64,000 bases of DNA from an uncultured Spirochaetaceae bacterium (GTDB taxonomy: Bacteria > Spirochaetota > Spirochaetia > SZUA-6 > DRHE01). Within the stretch, counting starts at the first letter, position 1; every line of letters begins with the position of its first letter. The stretch covers positions 6,955 to 70,954 of the forward strand of contig CAZVHJ010000018.1 of the NCBI GenBank assembly GCA_964627715.1, given 5' to 3'. Under the pieces are notes generated by a model that had not been told where the DNA came from, made no database searches, and was given only the letters and a program-made list of their open reading frames with translations. Positions 9,901 through 18,456 of this stretch are shown one piece after another. The position numbers and the translations under genes were made by a program.

Positions 9901-11434
9901 TGAACATGGCCTGAACAGGGTCATCGTGGCCTCCTGTACTCCCAGGACCCACGAACCTCTGTTTCAGGAGACGATCCGGGAGGCGGGCCTGAACCGTCAT
10001 CTCTTCGAAATGGCCAACATCCGGGATCAATGTTCCTGGATCCATATGGGTCTTTCTGCAGAGGCAACGGAGAAAGCCAAGGACCTGCTGCGAATGTCAT
10101 TAGCCAAGGTACGGCTGGTGGAGCCGTTGCCGACCATCCCTCTGGATGTTCAGCAAAGCGCCCTGGTTCTAGGCGGCGGTCCCGCCGGAATGTCTGCAGC
10201 CCTGTCCCTGGCCAATCAGGGATTCCCCGTACACATCGTCGAAAGGCAGAACAAGCTCGGCGGCAATCTGAACAAGGTTCTGTCCACCATAGAGGGTCGG
10301 GACACACAGGTGCTGCTGGACAAGATGCTGAATCAGATCGAAGAATACAAAAACATCACCGTACATCTGGGAACTACGATCGAAGCGGTGGAAGGATTCG
10401 TCGGTCAATTCAAGACACGGCTCAATGGAAACGGCAGCGGCAGTCAGGAAATCGAGCACGGCGTTGTGATCATCGCCACGGGAGCCCAGGAATCCAAACC
10501 CACCGAATATCTGTACGGGCAGGACAAACGGGTACTGACCGGCCAGGAGCTCGAAGAGCTGCTGCACAAAGCGGCGCCGGATACACTACCCAAACGGGTT
10601 GTCTTCATCCAGTGTGTGGGCTCTCGGGAAGAGGGTCACATGTACTGCAGCCGGGTTTGCTGCCGACAGAGCATCAAGAATGCCCTGACCTTGAAGAGGA
10701 AACAATCAGAGGCGGAAGTGTACATCCTGTTCCGGGATATGCGTACCTACGGTTTTGCCGAACGCTACTACCAGGAAGCCCGGGATGCCGGGGTGATCTT
10801 CCTGCGCTACCAACCGGAAGCCAAGCCGGTGGCAGAGATTAGGGGCGACAAGCTTCAGATCTCGGTCAAGGATATCCAGAGTGCAGAAACAATCGTAATT
10901 ACCGATCCTGATGCCGTGGTACTGGCGGCAAGAATCGACGCCGAGGCGGGTAACGAAGGCATCTCCCAGGCGTTCAAGGTACCCCTTAACCAGGATGGAT
11001 TCTTCCTCGAAGCTCATGTCAAACTGCGTCCGGTGGATTTCGCCACCGAAGGGGTATACCTGGCGGGTATGGCTCACAATCCCAAAACGATCGAAGAATC
11101 CATCGTCCAGGGCCGCGCCGCCGCCGCCCGGGCAGCTACGATCATCGCCAAAGACAAATACCTGGCTGAAGCAACGATCGCTGCAGTGAACGAAGATCTG
11201 TGCGACGGCTGCGGCATTTGCGTGGGGGTGTGTGAGTACAACGCCTTGGAAATCGAGGAAAAGCCCGACCAAATGCAGGCGGAGCCTTCCCGCAGGACCA
11301 AGATTGTGAAACTAAACGAAGCGGCCTGCAAGGGCTGCGGCTGCTGCGTGGCTGCTTGTCCAAGCGGTGCGATGGAGCAGAAGGGATACAAGAATGAACA
11401 GATCATGGCGGAAATCGACGCCGCCCTGCTCTAA
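6959..11434 (+). CDS. HdrL-type giant HdrA fusion (HdrA module + inserted GltD/NfnB-like NAD(P)H oxidoreductase + second HdrA module + ferredoxin domains)
   Basis: 1491 aa with an ATGA overlap with hdrC. VLVVGGGIAGIQ and the TNDCSMCI HdrA signature. GltD-like stretch at about aa 155-565 (VAIVGSGPAGL, GGMLRYGIPQYRLP, VIGGGNTAIDS, GVFAGGDV). FIQCVGSRD...CSSVCC appears twice. Terminal motifs CDGCGICVGVCE and CKGCGCCVAACP. Confidence 0.85.
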   Translation: MSQNGSGSVLVVGGGIAGIQASLDLADAGFRVNLVESSPTIGGVMAQLDKTFPTNDCSMCIMSPKLVDCARHLNINLLTLSEVKSVSGQPGDFTAKVHRKARYVDEDKCTGCGECEKYCPVPMPNEFDEKLGIRHAIYRPFPQAAPNVFAIQKKGKSPCSAACPADCNAHGYVSLIRERKFKEALQLIRDRIPLPAVCGRVCGLCEDECNRNNLDQAVEIRALKRFASDWEMNHQEEMAEYLEAARPTGKKKAKVAIVGSGPAGLTAAYDLAKLGYQPVVFEALPKTGGMLRYGIPQYRLPDEVLDYEVGVIEKAGVDIRTREAFSKSTTVQGLRKEGFEAVFLAAGTQKSRKLFIEGEELEGILPALDFLKAADNGKSSSAVEGKIVAVIGGGNTAIDSVRTARRLGAKEALLIYRRTRAEMPAIAEEVQAAEEEGIKLYFLLAPQKILGKSGKVTDLVCTRMRLGAPDASDRRRPIPVPGQTESIHVDVIISALGQEVDTAFIDAEGAKLDMVKGLIKVDPVSLQTSIPGVFAGGDVAGAGGYVVHAIAHGHTAAQSIDRYLSKKDLHEGRTPEPTPTAPMPEEFHEKKPRVPVPMLDVNKRISNFAEVELGLSEEQAVEEASRCLNCGVCCECQQCVAHCEADAIDHTQKNEELELKVGAVLVAAGCEKYDPKAMYHLGYGKYPDVVTSIQFERILSASGPFGGHIQRPSDGVLPKKVAFIQCVGSRDPVAGNDHCSSVCCMYAIKEAVIAKEHEHEIEPTIFYMDIRAHGKDFDRYFERAKSEYGIKFTRARVSGVVRDEATGKLLLEYENEANGIAHEEFDLVVLSIGFQGGSSLRELGRSLGVPLNRYGFIATDPFNPVETKVPGIFICGPAQEPKDIPETVMQASAGAAAAAETLAGNRWSEVLEKTYPEERDVTAEPLRVGVFVCHCGINIGATVQVPEVVEYAKTLPDVAYAEANLYTCSQDTQAHIRDMIDEHGLNRVIVASCTPRTHEPLFQETIREAGLNRHLFEMANIRDQCSWIHMGLSAEATEKAKDLLRMSLAKVRLVEPLPTIPLDVQQSALVLGGGPAGMSAALSLANQGFPVHIVERQNKLGGNLNKVLSTIEGRDTQVLLDKMLNQIEEYKNITVHLGTTIEAVEGFVGQFKTRLNGNGSGSQEIEHGVVIIATGAQESKPTEYLYGQDKRVLTGQELEELLHKAAPDTLPKRVVFIQCVGSREEGHMYCSRVCCRQSIKNALTLKRKQSEAEVYILFRDMRTYGFAERYYQEARDAGVIFLRYQPEAKPVAEIRGDKLQISVKDIQSAETIVITDPDAVVLAARIDAEAGNEGISQAFKVPLNQDGFFLEAHVKLRPVDFATEGVYLAGMAHNPKTIEESIVQGRAAAARAATIIAKDKYLAEATIAAVNEDLCDGCGICVGVCEYNALEIEEKPDQMQAEPSRRTKIVKLNEAACKGCGCCVAACPSGAMEQKGYKNEQIMAEIDAALL

Positions 11435-11449
11435 GGGAAGAGGAAAACA

Positions 11450-11905
11450 ATGAGCGAGAGTTTTACGCCGAAAATACTTGTATTCTGCTGCAACTGGTGC
11501 GCCTACGCCGGGGCTGACCTGGCCGGCGTCAGCAGACTGCAGATAACACCACACTTCCGGGTCATCCGAACGCTCTGTTCCGCCCGAGTGGATCCCGAGT
11601 TTATCCTTCACGCCTTCAAGCAGGGAGCCGATGGGGTCATGGTGCTCGGCTGCCATCCCGGCGACTGCCACTACATTGGAGGCAACTACCGAACCCGGCG
11701 GCGCATGGCCCTGCTCAAGCTGATGCTCCAGCAGTTCGGCCTGAACAAGGACCGTTTTCACCTGGAGTGGGTTTCCGCCGCCGAAGGTGAGAAGTTCGCT
11801 CAAGTGGTAAACAGTTTCGTGGAGCGGGTCACCCAGCTAGGTCCCAGCCCGTTCCGAAAGCTGAAAGAAGAAAAGAAAACGGAAGCGGTTGCAGCCGTCC
11901 AATAG
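11450..11905 (+). CDS. mvhD: MvhD, methyl-viologen-reducing hydrogenase delta subunit
   Basis: Canonical ILVFCCNWCAYAGADLAG and VLGCHPGDCHY motifs. Confidence 0.85.
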   Translation: MSESFTPKILVFCCNWCAYAGADLAGVSRLQITPHFRVIRTLCSARVDPEFILHAFKQGADGVMVLGCHPGDCHYIGGNYRTRRRMALLKLMLQQFGLNKDRFHLEWVSAAEGEKFAQVVNSFVERVTQLGPSPFRKLKEEKKTEAVAAVQ

Positions 11906-11921
11906 GAGGGACGAATAGATC

Positions 11922-12929
11922 ATGGCCGAAAAAATCACGATAGCACTGAAACGTGGAGCGTCCTGCGTGGGCTGCGATATCGCCATCGTCAACTTCAACG
12001 AAGAGCTGTTCACTCTTCTCGAGGTGGCGGATATAGTCTTTGCGCCCACTCTTCTCGATGTAAAATACGATGATCTCAAGAAGATGCCGGACAAGTCCAT
12101 CACCATCGGTTTCTACCACGGAGCTGTCCGGAACTCTGATAATGAAGAACTCGCCCATGTCATGCGTCAGAAGTGCCAGATCCTCATCGCCTACGGAGCC
12201 TGCGCCCACATGGGAGGGATTCCAGGATTGGCCAATGTATCGACAAAACAGGCGATCCTGAACAAGGTCTACAAGGAGACCTTTTCAGTGGTAAATCCCG
12301 AGGGCACACTGCCCCTGGAAAAGATGCAGGATGAGGCAGGCCACGAGCTGACCTTGCCCAGGTTTTACGACCAGGTTATGGCGCTCGACGACGTGGTGGA
12401 CGTCGACTACTTCGTCCCGGCCTGCCCGCCGACACCGGACATGAACATGAAGATCCTCGGTGTTGTGAAGGCCTTTGTCACCGAAGGCAAGCCCTTGCCG
12501 CCGAAAGGTACGGTGATTGCATCGGAAAAGACCCTCTGCGACGAGTGCAAGCGGGAACGGGGGGAGAAGGTCGAGGTGGACCGGCTGTACCGGGTGCACG
12601 AAAAAGAATTCGACCCGGAGAAGTGCTTTCTCGACCAGGGGATCATCTGCCTGGGGCCGGCCACCCGAGCCGGCTGCGGCGCGGTATGTACTGAGACCAA
12701 TATGCCCTGCCGTGGCTGCATGGGACCGACCGCCGCGGTGACCGAACAGGGCGCCTCGATGCTCTCCGCTCTGGCTTCAGTGTACGGCCTGACAGACAGG
12801 GAGAGTGAGATGAGCGAAGAGGAGATCGATAAGTTGATGAGCAACATCCTCGATCCTCTGGGCTGTTTTTACAGGTTCAGCCTGCCAAAGTCACAGCTGG
12901 GAAGAGTCGTCAGCGATACGAAAGGATAA
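11922..12929 (+). CDS. mvhG: [NiFe] hydrogenase small subunit, Mvh/F420-non-reducing type (cytoplasmic, no Tat signal)
   Basis: 335 aa with GASCVGCDIA near the N-terminus, no RRxF twin-arginine leader and C-terminal Cys clusters (CDECK, CLGPATRAGCGAVC, CRGC). Confidence 0.8.
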   Translation: MAEKITIALKRGASCVGCDIAIVNFNEELFTLLEVADIVFAPTLLDVKYDDLKKMPDKSITIGFYHGAVRNSDNEELAHVMRQKCQILIAYGACAHMGGIPGLANVSTKQAILNKVYKETFSVVNPEGTLPLEKMQDEAGHELTLPRFYDQVMALDDVVDVDYFVPACPPTPDMNMKILGVVKAFVTEGKPLPPKGTVIASEKTLCDECKRERGEKVEVDRLYRVHEKEFDPEKCFLDQGIICLGPATRAGCGAVCTETNMPCRGCMGPTAAVTEQGASMLSALASVYGLTDRESEMSEEEIDKLMSNILDPLGCFYRFSLPKSQLGRVVSDTKG

Positions 12930-12933
12930 GAGC

Positions 12934-14433
12934 ATGCCACAGATCTGGGACGAAACGCATAAGACAGACCGCCGGGTCATCCATATCGAGCCGGTCACCC
13001 GGCTGGAGGGCCACGCAAAAATAGATATCTTTCTCGACGAAAAGGGCAACGTGGAGGAAACCTACTTCCAGGTTGTCGAGTTGAGAGGGTTCGAGGAGTT
13101 CTGCAAGGGCCGTCCTGCGGAGGAGATGCCCCGCATCGTAACCCGTCTGTGCGGGGTCTGTCCCTGGCCGCATCATCTCGCCTCCAGCCGTGCCCTGGAC
13201 GTGCTGTTCGACGCCCCCCCGCCGCCTACGGCTCACAAGATCCGGGAGCTAGGCTACTGCGCCCACATGCTGGAGAGTCATCTGGAACACGTATACGCTC
13301 TGGGTCCGGCTCCGGATTTCGTACTAGGTCCGGCGGCGGACCCGATGAAGCGCAACGTCCTCGGTGTGATCGAAGCGGTGGGGCTGGAGACTGGCACCTC
13401 CGTGATCAAGCACCGTGGATACGCGGTGGAGATCGAGAACATCATCGGGGGCAAGTCGACTCACCCGGTCTTCAGCATCCCGGGAGGCGTTTCCCGTCCA
13501 ATGACCCGGGAGCAGGTCGATCGGATCCGGGAGCTGGCGGACAAGTTGGTGGATTTCACCGAGTTCACCCTCACCGTAGTGGACGATGTGATCCTGTCCA
13601 ACAAAGACTATGTGGATATCATTTTGAACAAGGACCTCTACTATCACAACTCCTACCACATGGGCATGGTAGACGACAACGGAAAGCTGGCCTTCTACGG
13701 CGGCAAGATGCGCATCATGAGCCCGGAGGGAAAGATCGTCGACAACTTCACGGAGAACGAGTACCTCGATTACGTGGCCGAACACACGGTGCCCTGGTCC
13801 TATCTGAAGTTCCCCTACCTGAAGAAGGTCGGTTGGAAGGGACTCACCGATGGGGTAGACTCAGGTCTGTACCGGGTGGCGCCCCTGTCCCGGATGAACG
13901 TGGCCGACGGCATGGCCACCCCCAAGGCCCAGGCGGCCTACGATCGCTTTTTCGAAACCCTGGGACAGAAACCGGTCCAGAACTCCCTGTCCTTTCACTG
14001 GGCACGGGCGATCGAATGCGTTTACGCGGCGGAACGGCTGCAGCAACTGGCAAACGATCCGGAGATCCTCGGCAAGGATTACCGCACGATCAGTACCACG
14101 GTTGCCGGCGAGGGTGTCGGCATCGTGGAGGCGCCGCGGGGTTCGCTGTTCCATCACTACAAGAGCGATGAGAAAGGGTTGATCATCGATCTGAACCTGA
14201 TCGTGGCCAGCGCTCAGAACTACGGAGCCATGAACCTGGACATCCGTAACGTGGCCAAAACTCTGATCAAGGATGGGCAGATCTCAAACGGAATCCTCAA
14301 CATGGTGGAGATGGGCTTTCGCTCTTACGATCCCTGTTTCTCCTGCGCCACCCATGCGGCCATCGGACAGATGCCGATGGAGCTGGTGATCCACGACAGC
14401 ACGGGCGAGGAGATCCGACGGATCCGGCGTTAG
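12934..14433 (+). CDS. mvhA: [NiFe] hydrogenase large subunit, Mvh type
   Basis: Motifs EPVTRLEGH and RLCGVCPWPHH (N-terminal Ni ligands). C-terminal DPCFSCATH is followed by a 24-aa extension that would be removed by the protease. Confidence 0.9.
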   Translation: MPQIWDETHKTDRRVIHIEPVTRLEGHAKIDIFLDEKGNVEETYFQVVELRGFEEFCKGRPAEEMPRIVTRLCGVCPWPHHLASSRALDVLFDAPPPPTAHKIRELGYCAHMLESHLEHVYALGPAPDFVLGPAADPMKRNVLGVIEAVGLETGTSVIKHRGYAVEIENIIGGKSTHPVFSIPGGVSRPMTREQVDRIRELADKLVDFTEFTLTVVDDVILSNKDYVDIILNKDLYYHNSYHMGMVDDNGKLAFYGGKMRIMSPEGKIVDNFTENEYLDYVAEHTVPWSYLKFPYLKKVGWKGLTDGVDSGLYRVAPLSRMNVADGMATPKAQAAYDRFFETLGQKPVQNSLSFHWARAIECVYAAERLQQLANDPEILGKDYRTISTTVAGEGVGIVEAPRGSLFHHYKSDEKGLIIDLNLIVASAQNYGAMNLDIRNVAKTLIKDGQISNGILNMVEMGFRSYDPCFSCATHAAIGQMPMELVIHDSTGEEIRRIRR

Positions 14434-14480
14434 GCGGGCGCAACGCCCGCGGTTATTCCCCCGGCCCCGAGTCACGCAGA

Positions 14481-14951
14481 ATGGCCAGCACCCTGATCCT
14501 CTACCTGGGAAACCCGATCGTGAAAAACGATCAGGTGGGCCTGATCGTCGGCGCCCAGATCGCATCTCTTTTCTCCTCAAACCCCGAGGTAGATGTTCAG
14601 GAGTTCAGCGGTTCTCCTATGGATCTGGTATCCGACATACAAGGATACGATCGATTGATTCTCATCGACTCGACCTCAACGGGGAAGAGGACGATCGGCT
14701 CGGTAACCCTGTTCGGGGAAGAGGAGTTTCTATCGAACAGAGGGGATGTCTATTTGCACGGAATGAATCTTTCTGAAGCCCTGATCCTTTGCCGCCGTAT
14801 GCAGCTTCCCTTTCCCAAAGAGTTGCACCTGATCGGCATCGAAGCAGGCGCCATCTACGAGTTCGGTGAAATCTTATCCGCGGAACTTCAGGACAAGCTT
14901 CCCCAGATAATCCCTGAGGTTCGTCGGATTGTGGAAAAACTAATAGAGTAG
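14481..14951 (+). CDS. Hydrogenase maturation endopeptidase (HyaD/HybD/FrhD family)
   Basis: 156 aa with ILYLGNPIVKNDQVG, LILIDS and HGMNL motifs, immediately after the large subunit. Confidence 0.8.
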   Translation: MASTLILYLGNPIVKNDQVGLIVGAQIASLFSSNPEVDVQEFSGSPMDLVSDIQGYDRLILIDSTSTGKRTIGSVTLFGEEEFLSNRGDVYLHGMNLSEALILCRRMQLPFPKELHLIGIEAGAIYEFGEILSAELQDKLPQIIPEVRRIVEKLIE

Positions 14952-15053
14952 TCGAGGGCGCTTCAGTTTTCTCCCATGACTTCGTTGTCGTACTCCACCT
15001 CGAAGCGCAGCTTGTGTATTGAAGTAGATATAACCGATTGAAAAGGAAAATAC

Positions 15054-16070
15054 ATGACGGGTCTGGAAAGAACGCAAAAGGCCATGCGAATGGAGCCCAT
15101 CGATCGCATTCCAACGTTCCCGATTCTCATTGCTCCTGCTTGCCAACTCATAGGGGTCAAGCAGCGTGATTACTCACTCGATCCTGATGTGATGGCAGAC
15201 ACCTTGTTGAAAGCGAGAGATCTACTCGGCGCGGATGGAGTATACGTGTCCCGGGACAACTGGGTTTATCACCAGGCTTTGGGGGGAAACCTGATCTTTC
15301 CCGAGGATGAGGAGTCATACAGTAAGGAGCCAATTCTCGATTCGATCAAGGAGTTTCGCAAGTTGCAGATTCCGGATCCCGAAATTGCACCAGGAATGAA
15401 AACACTGCTTTCCGCAGCTAGGAAAGTCGTAGGGAAGGTCGGCGGTCAGTACTACATTCAGGCCAATATCGATTGCGGACCTTTTAGTCTTGCTGCAGTC
15501 TTGCGGGGTGCTCAATCGTTCTTACTGGACCTGGTAACGGAGGATGAGAAAGATCTCCACGAGTTCCTGGACTTCTGTAGCGAAGTAGTAATCGCCTATG
15601 GACGGGCGATGATTTCCACCGGGGTACACGGGATACAGTACGGAGACTCTACGGCGAGTTTGATCAGCCCCGAACACTACGAGAGATTTGTCCTGCCCTA
15701 CCAGCAGAAATCCGTTGACGCCTTAACGGGGAAAGACTGCGACATATGGATCCACATATGCGGTAATACCGAGCATCTCCTGCACTTTTTACGACCGCTC
15801 AATTTCCAGGGATTTGAGGTGGATGCAAAGGTTGAAATGGTGACGGCACGGAGACTCCTTGGAGACCGTGTCGCGATAAAGGGGAATCTGGATACGACTT
15901 TCTTACTAAAACAAAGCCCGGATGAGGTTTACGAAGCGACTCAACAAATCCTGCGCAGTGGGAACTTCAAAACCGGGATCATTATGTCTCCGGGCTGCGG
16001 AGTGCCCCGGATGACGCCCCTCAATAATCTACGAGCAATGGTGCAGGCTTGCGAAGATTACAAACTCTGA
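15054..16070 (+). CDS. URO-D-fold protein (MtaA/CmuA-like methyltransferase family), paralog P1
   Basis: 338 aa. N-terminal ERTQKAMRMEPIDRIP. HICGN (H-x-C-G) plus a later SPGCG Cys, resembling the MtaA-type Zn motif H-x-C...C. Confidence 0.75.
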   Translation: MTGLERTQKAMRMEPIDRIPTFPILIAPACQLIGVKQRDYSLDPDVMADTLLKARDLLGADGVYVSRDNWVYHQALGGNLIFPEDEESYSKEPILDSIKEFRKLQIPDPEIAPGMKTLLSAARKVVGKVGGQYYIQANIDCGPFSLAAVLRGAQSFLLDLVTEDEKDLHEFLDFCSEVVIAYGRAMISTGVHGIQYGDSTASLISPEHYERFVLPYQQKSVDALTGKDCDIWIHICGNTEHLLHFLRPLNFQGFEVDAKVEMVTARRLLGDRVAIKGNLDTTFLLKQSPDEVYEATQQILRSGNFKTGIIMSPGCGVPRMTPLNNLRAMVQACEDYKL

Positions 16071-16122
16071 CCATTTGCAAGCAGATAACAATTCGAATCC
16101 ATCTCCAGCTTAGCTCCCACGG

Positions 16123-17223
16123 TTAAAACGTCAGTTCTGTAAGCTGAAAATACTCCCGGTATGCGTTTACCATCGCTAGATAATTTTTTAAGGGAACGCT
16201 ATCTGTAATTGCATTACTGGCCGTGAAAATATGTCCCCCCTGTCCCCAGCCGGCTTCAAGAACTTCAAACGTTAGTTTTTTTATGCCCTCTGGCGTTTCA
16301 AAACTCAGGACATTGCCACAATCCATATTCCCGAAAAAAAGAATCCTGTCTCCAAAGCGGTTTTTTAGTGTTCCCAGATCCATTCCGGCGCTCATATCGA
16401 TTTCCAGATAGGCATCAACCTCGCAGCCAAACAGGAAATCGTCGATTACAGGCCAGATATCTCCATCCGTCGCGTTGACCGAATATGTCCCCGCCTCTCT
16501 GAGGCGTCGCGCACATATCCGAACCTCGGGAACGATGAACTCTCTGTAGGAATCGGGAGAAATCAGAAGGCGCCTACCGGCGAAATCTCCACCGATTCCT
16601 ACCATATCAATGCCGATCTCTATATAATCATCGATTACTTTGATTGCTCTTTGAGTCGCCAAAGAGAAATGTTGTTTCGCTACCTCCGGATCCAAAACCA
16701 TCACCTGCATAAGGTCTGCGTCGGTCCAAATCCCGTGAAAATAGGCCGGAGCCAGAATCGGAAGATCCAGATCTCTGCTCTTCATTTCTTCCCGAACGAA
16801 CTCATAAACGAGGTAACAGTCGCGGGGCAGCTCTCCCATCATAGATTCAGAAACCCGCAGGTTCCGCTCTCGAAGGCGCTCTACAGGGTCCCCTTTCTCT
16901 TTCAACTCGAAATGGCTGCCCAATTCATCCAGCGGGTCGTAGAGGTACGTTTCTCCCGGCACGGGGTTCGGGCTTAGACACAGCAGGTCATGCCCCAATC
17001 TCGAGGAAAGTTCCACCCGATCTCGGGCATACCGATGAAGCATACGTTCGAAACCGGCAGATTCGGCCGCGGCCAGCCATGGTTGCATCCCGCCAAGATA
17101 CTCCACGAAGGATCTGCCTAGAATTTTCTCCGCCACCGGCGGGAGTAAAACATATTCAAAAAAAGGGGTTCGGTCCGGTTGCTGGTGTTTGAAAGAAGCC
17201 CCTACTCGCTGTCGGGATGTCAT
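16123..17223 (-). CDS. URO-D-fold protein, paralog P2 (lacks the H-x-C motif)
   Basis: GGAAAGGA RBS 5 nt before the ATG at 17223; the ORF track ATG at 17241 abuts the ROK stop codon. N-terminal MTSRQRV...QPDRTP. NATDG occupies the H-x-C-G position. Confidence 0.7.
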   Translation of the reverse strand: MTSRQRVGASFKHQQPDRTPFFEYVLLPPVAEKILGRSFVEYLGGMQPWLAAAESAGFERMLHRYARDRVELSSRLGHDLLCLSPNPVPGETYLYDPLDELGSHFELKEKGDPVERLRERNLRVSESMMGELPRDCYLVYEFVREEMKSRDLDLPILAPAYFHGIWTDADLMQVMVLDPEVAKQHFSLATQRAIKVIDDYIEIGIDMVGIGGDFAGRRLLISPDSYREFIVPEVRICARRLREAGTYSVNATDGDIWPVIDDFLFGCEVDAYLEIDMSAGMDLGTLKNRFGDRILFFGNMDCGNVLSFETPEGIKKLTFEVLEAGWGQGGHIFTASNAITDSVPLKNYLAMVNAYREYFQLTELTF

Positions 17224-17241
17224 ACATGTCCTTTCCTGCAT

Positions 17242-18441
17242 TCACTGAGTGAAGTAATCGTGCAGAATAACACTGCTGATGCCTTGAACGCGGATGTCGG
17301 ATTGTTCTTCCGAGTATACGATCTTCAAGAATTTTGCTATCTGCCGAAGACTTAAGTTCATCACAATTCTTTCGATCGTCTCGAAGAGAAATCGGTTTCC
17401 ATCTATCACAGGACCACGAAGAACGATCATCTCGGGATTAAAGATATTAGCTATATCCGCCAGTTTTTCCCCTAAATGACGTCCGGTTTGTTCGAAAACA
17501 TTACGGACCAGCCGGTCTCCGTTGTTGGCGGCTGTGACCAAATGCTCGATCTGCAGTTTTGAGAAATCATTATCACAGTACTTGAGTACTTCGCTGTTCA
17601 CGCCTTGATGGAGGCCATCTCTGACTGTAGAAAGGATGTACTGTTTGGAGCTGATCGTCTCCAGACAACCGGTGTGCCCGCAAAAACAGAGTTGGCCATT
17701 GTTGATGGCGTGGGTATGCCCGAACTCTCCTGCGTAGTAGCTGTTCCCCGCATATATTTCACCGTTTACGATGATTCCCATCCCTATTCCTTCACCCAAC
17801 CACACGCAAAGGAAATGTTCGATCCCCAAACCGCGCCCGTAATATTTTTCTCCGAGAGCACAGGCGTTGGCATCATTCACCAGAAAGCAGGGAATGTTGT
17901 ACTTCCTTTCAATTAGCTCTTTCAATGGGACGTCGTACCAGTTTTTGGCGAAAAGGTATTCATGGGATATACCCTGCTTTGGATCAATATATCCCCCCAA
18001 GCCTATACCGATCCCAAAAATCTTTTTCTCAAACTTTGAAGCCTCAGATACCAAACCGTCGAGCAGCTGCAGTAAGGCTGCGATCAACTCATCTTTGTCT
18101 ATACCAAAAAAAAGGGGGATCGAGCGCTGTGAGAGGATTTCACCTATCGTATTTATTAACACGCCTTTCATCTCCGAAACATCAAGCACAACCGCTATGT
18201 TGATACCCACCGCAGGGTTAAGTTCGATGAAGGTCGATCTTCTACCGCCGGTCGATAATTCCCGGTCTGTTTCCTGAATCAATCCAAGCTCCATCAGGAT
18301 CTTGATGTATTTCACTATTGAAGAAGGGCTCAGCCTTAGAATTTCTCCCAACCGGTTTCTGATTATCCTCTTGTTGTTCAGAATAGACTTCAGGATAGTG
18401 CTCATCCTGCTCTTCTGAATCGGCGAATATTCTGAGAACAT
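17242..18441 (-). CDS. ROK-family transcriptional regulator
   Basis: N-terminal winged HTH (RNRLGEILRLSPSSIVKYIKILMELGLI). ROK sugar-kinase-like core with the Zn motif HTHAINNGQLCFCGHTGCLE. Confidence 0.85.
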   Translation of the reverse strand: MFSEYSPIQKSRMSTILKSILNNKRIIRNRLGEILRLSPSSIVKYIKILMELGLIQETDRELSTGGRRSTFIELNPAVGINIAVVLDVSEMKGVLINTIGEILSQRSIPLFFGIDKDELIAALLQLLDGLVSEASKFEKKIFGIGIGLGGYIDPKQGISHEYLFAKNWYDVPLKELIERKYNIPCFLVNDANACALGEKYYGRGLGIEHFLCVWLGEGIGMGIIVNGEIYAGNSYYAGEFGHTHAINNGQLCFCGHTGCLETISSKQYILSTVRDGLHQGVNSEVLKYCDNDFSKLQIEHLVTAANNGDRLVRNVFEQTGRHLGEKLADIANIFNPEMIVLRGPVIDGNRFLFETIERIVMNLSLRQIAKFLKIVYSEEQSDIRVQGISSVILHDYFTQ

Positions 18442-18456
18442 GGTCGTATCCGGTAT

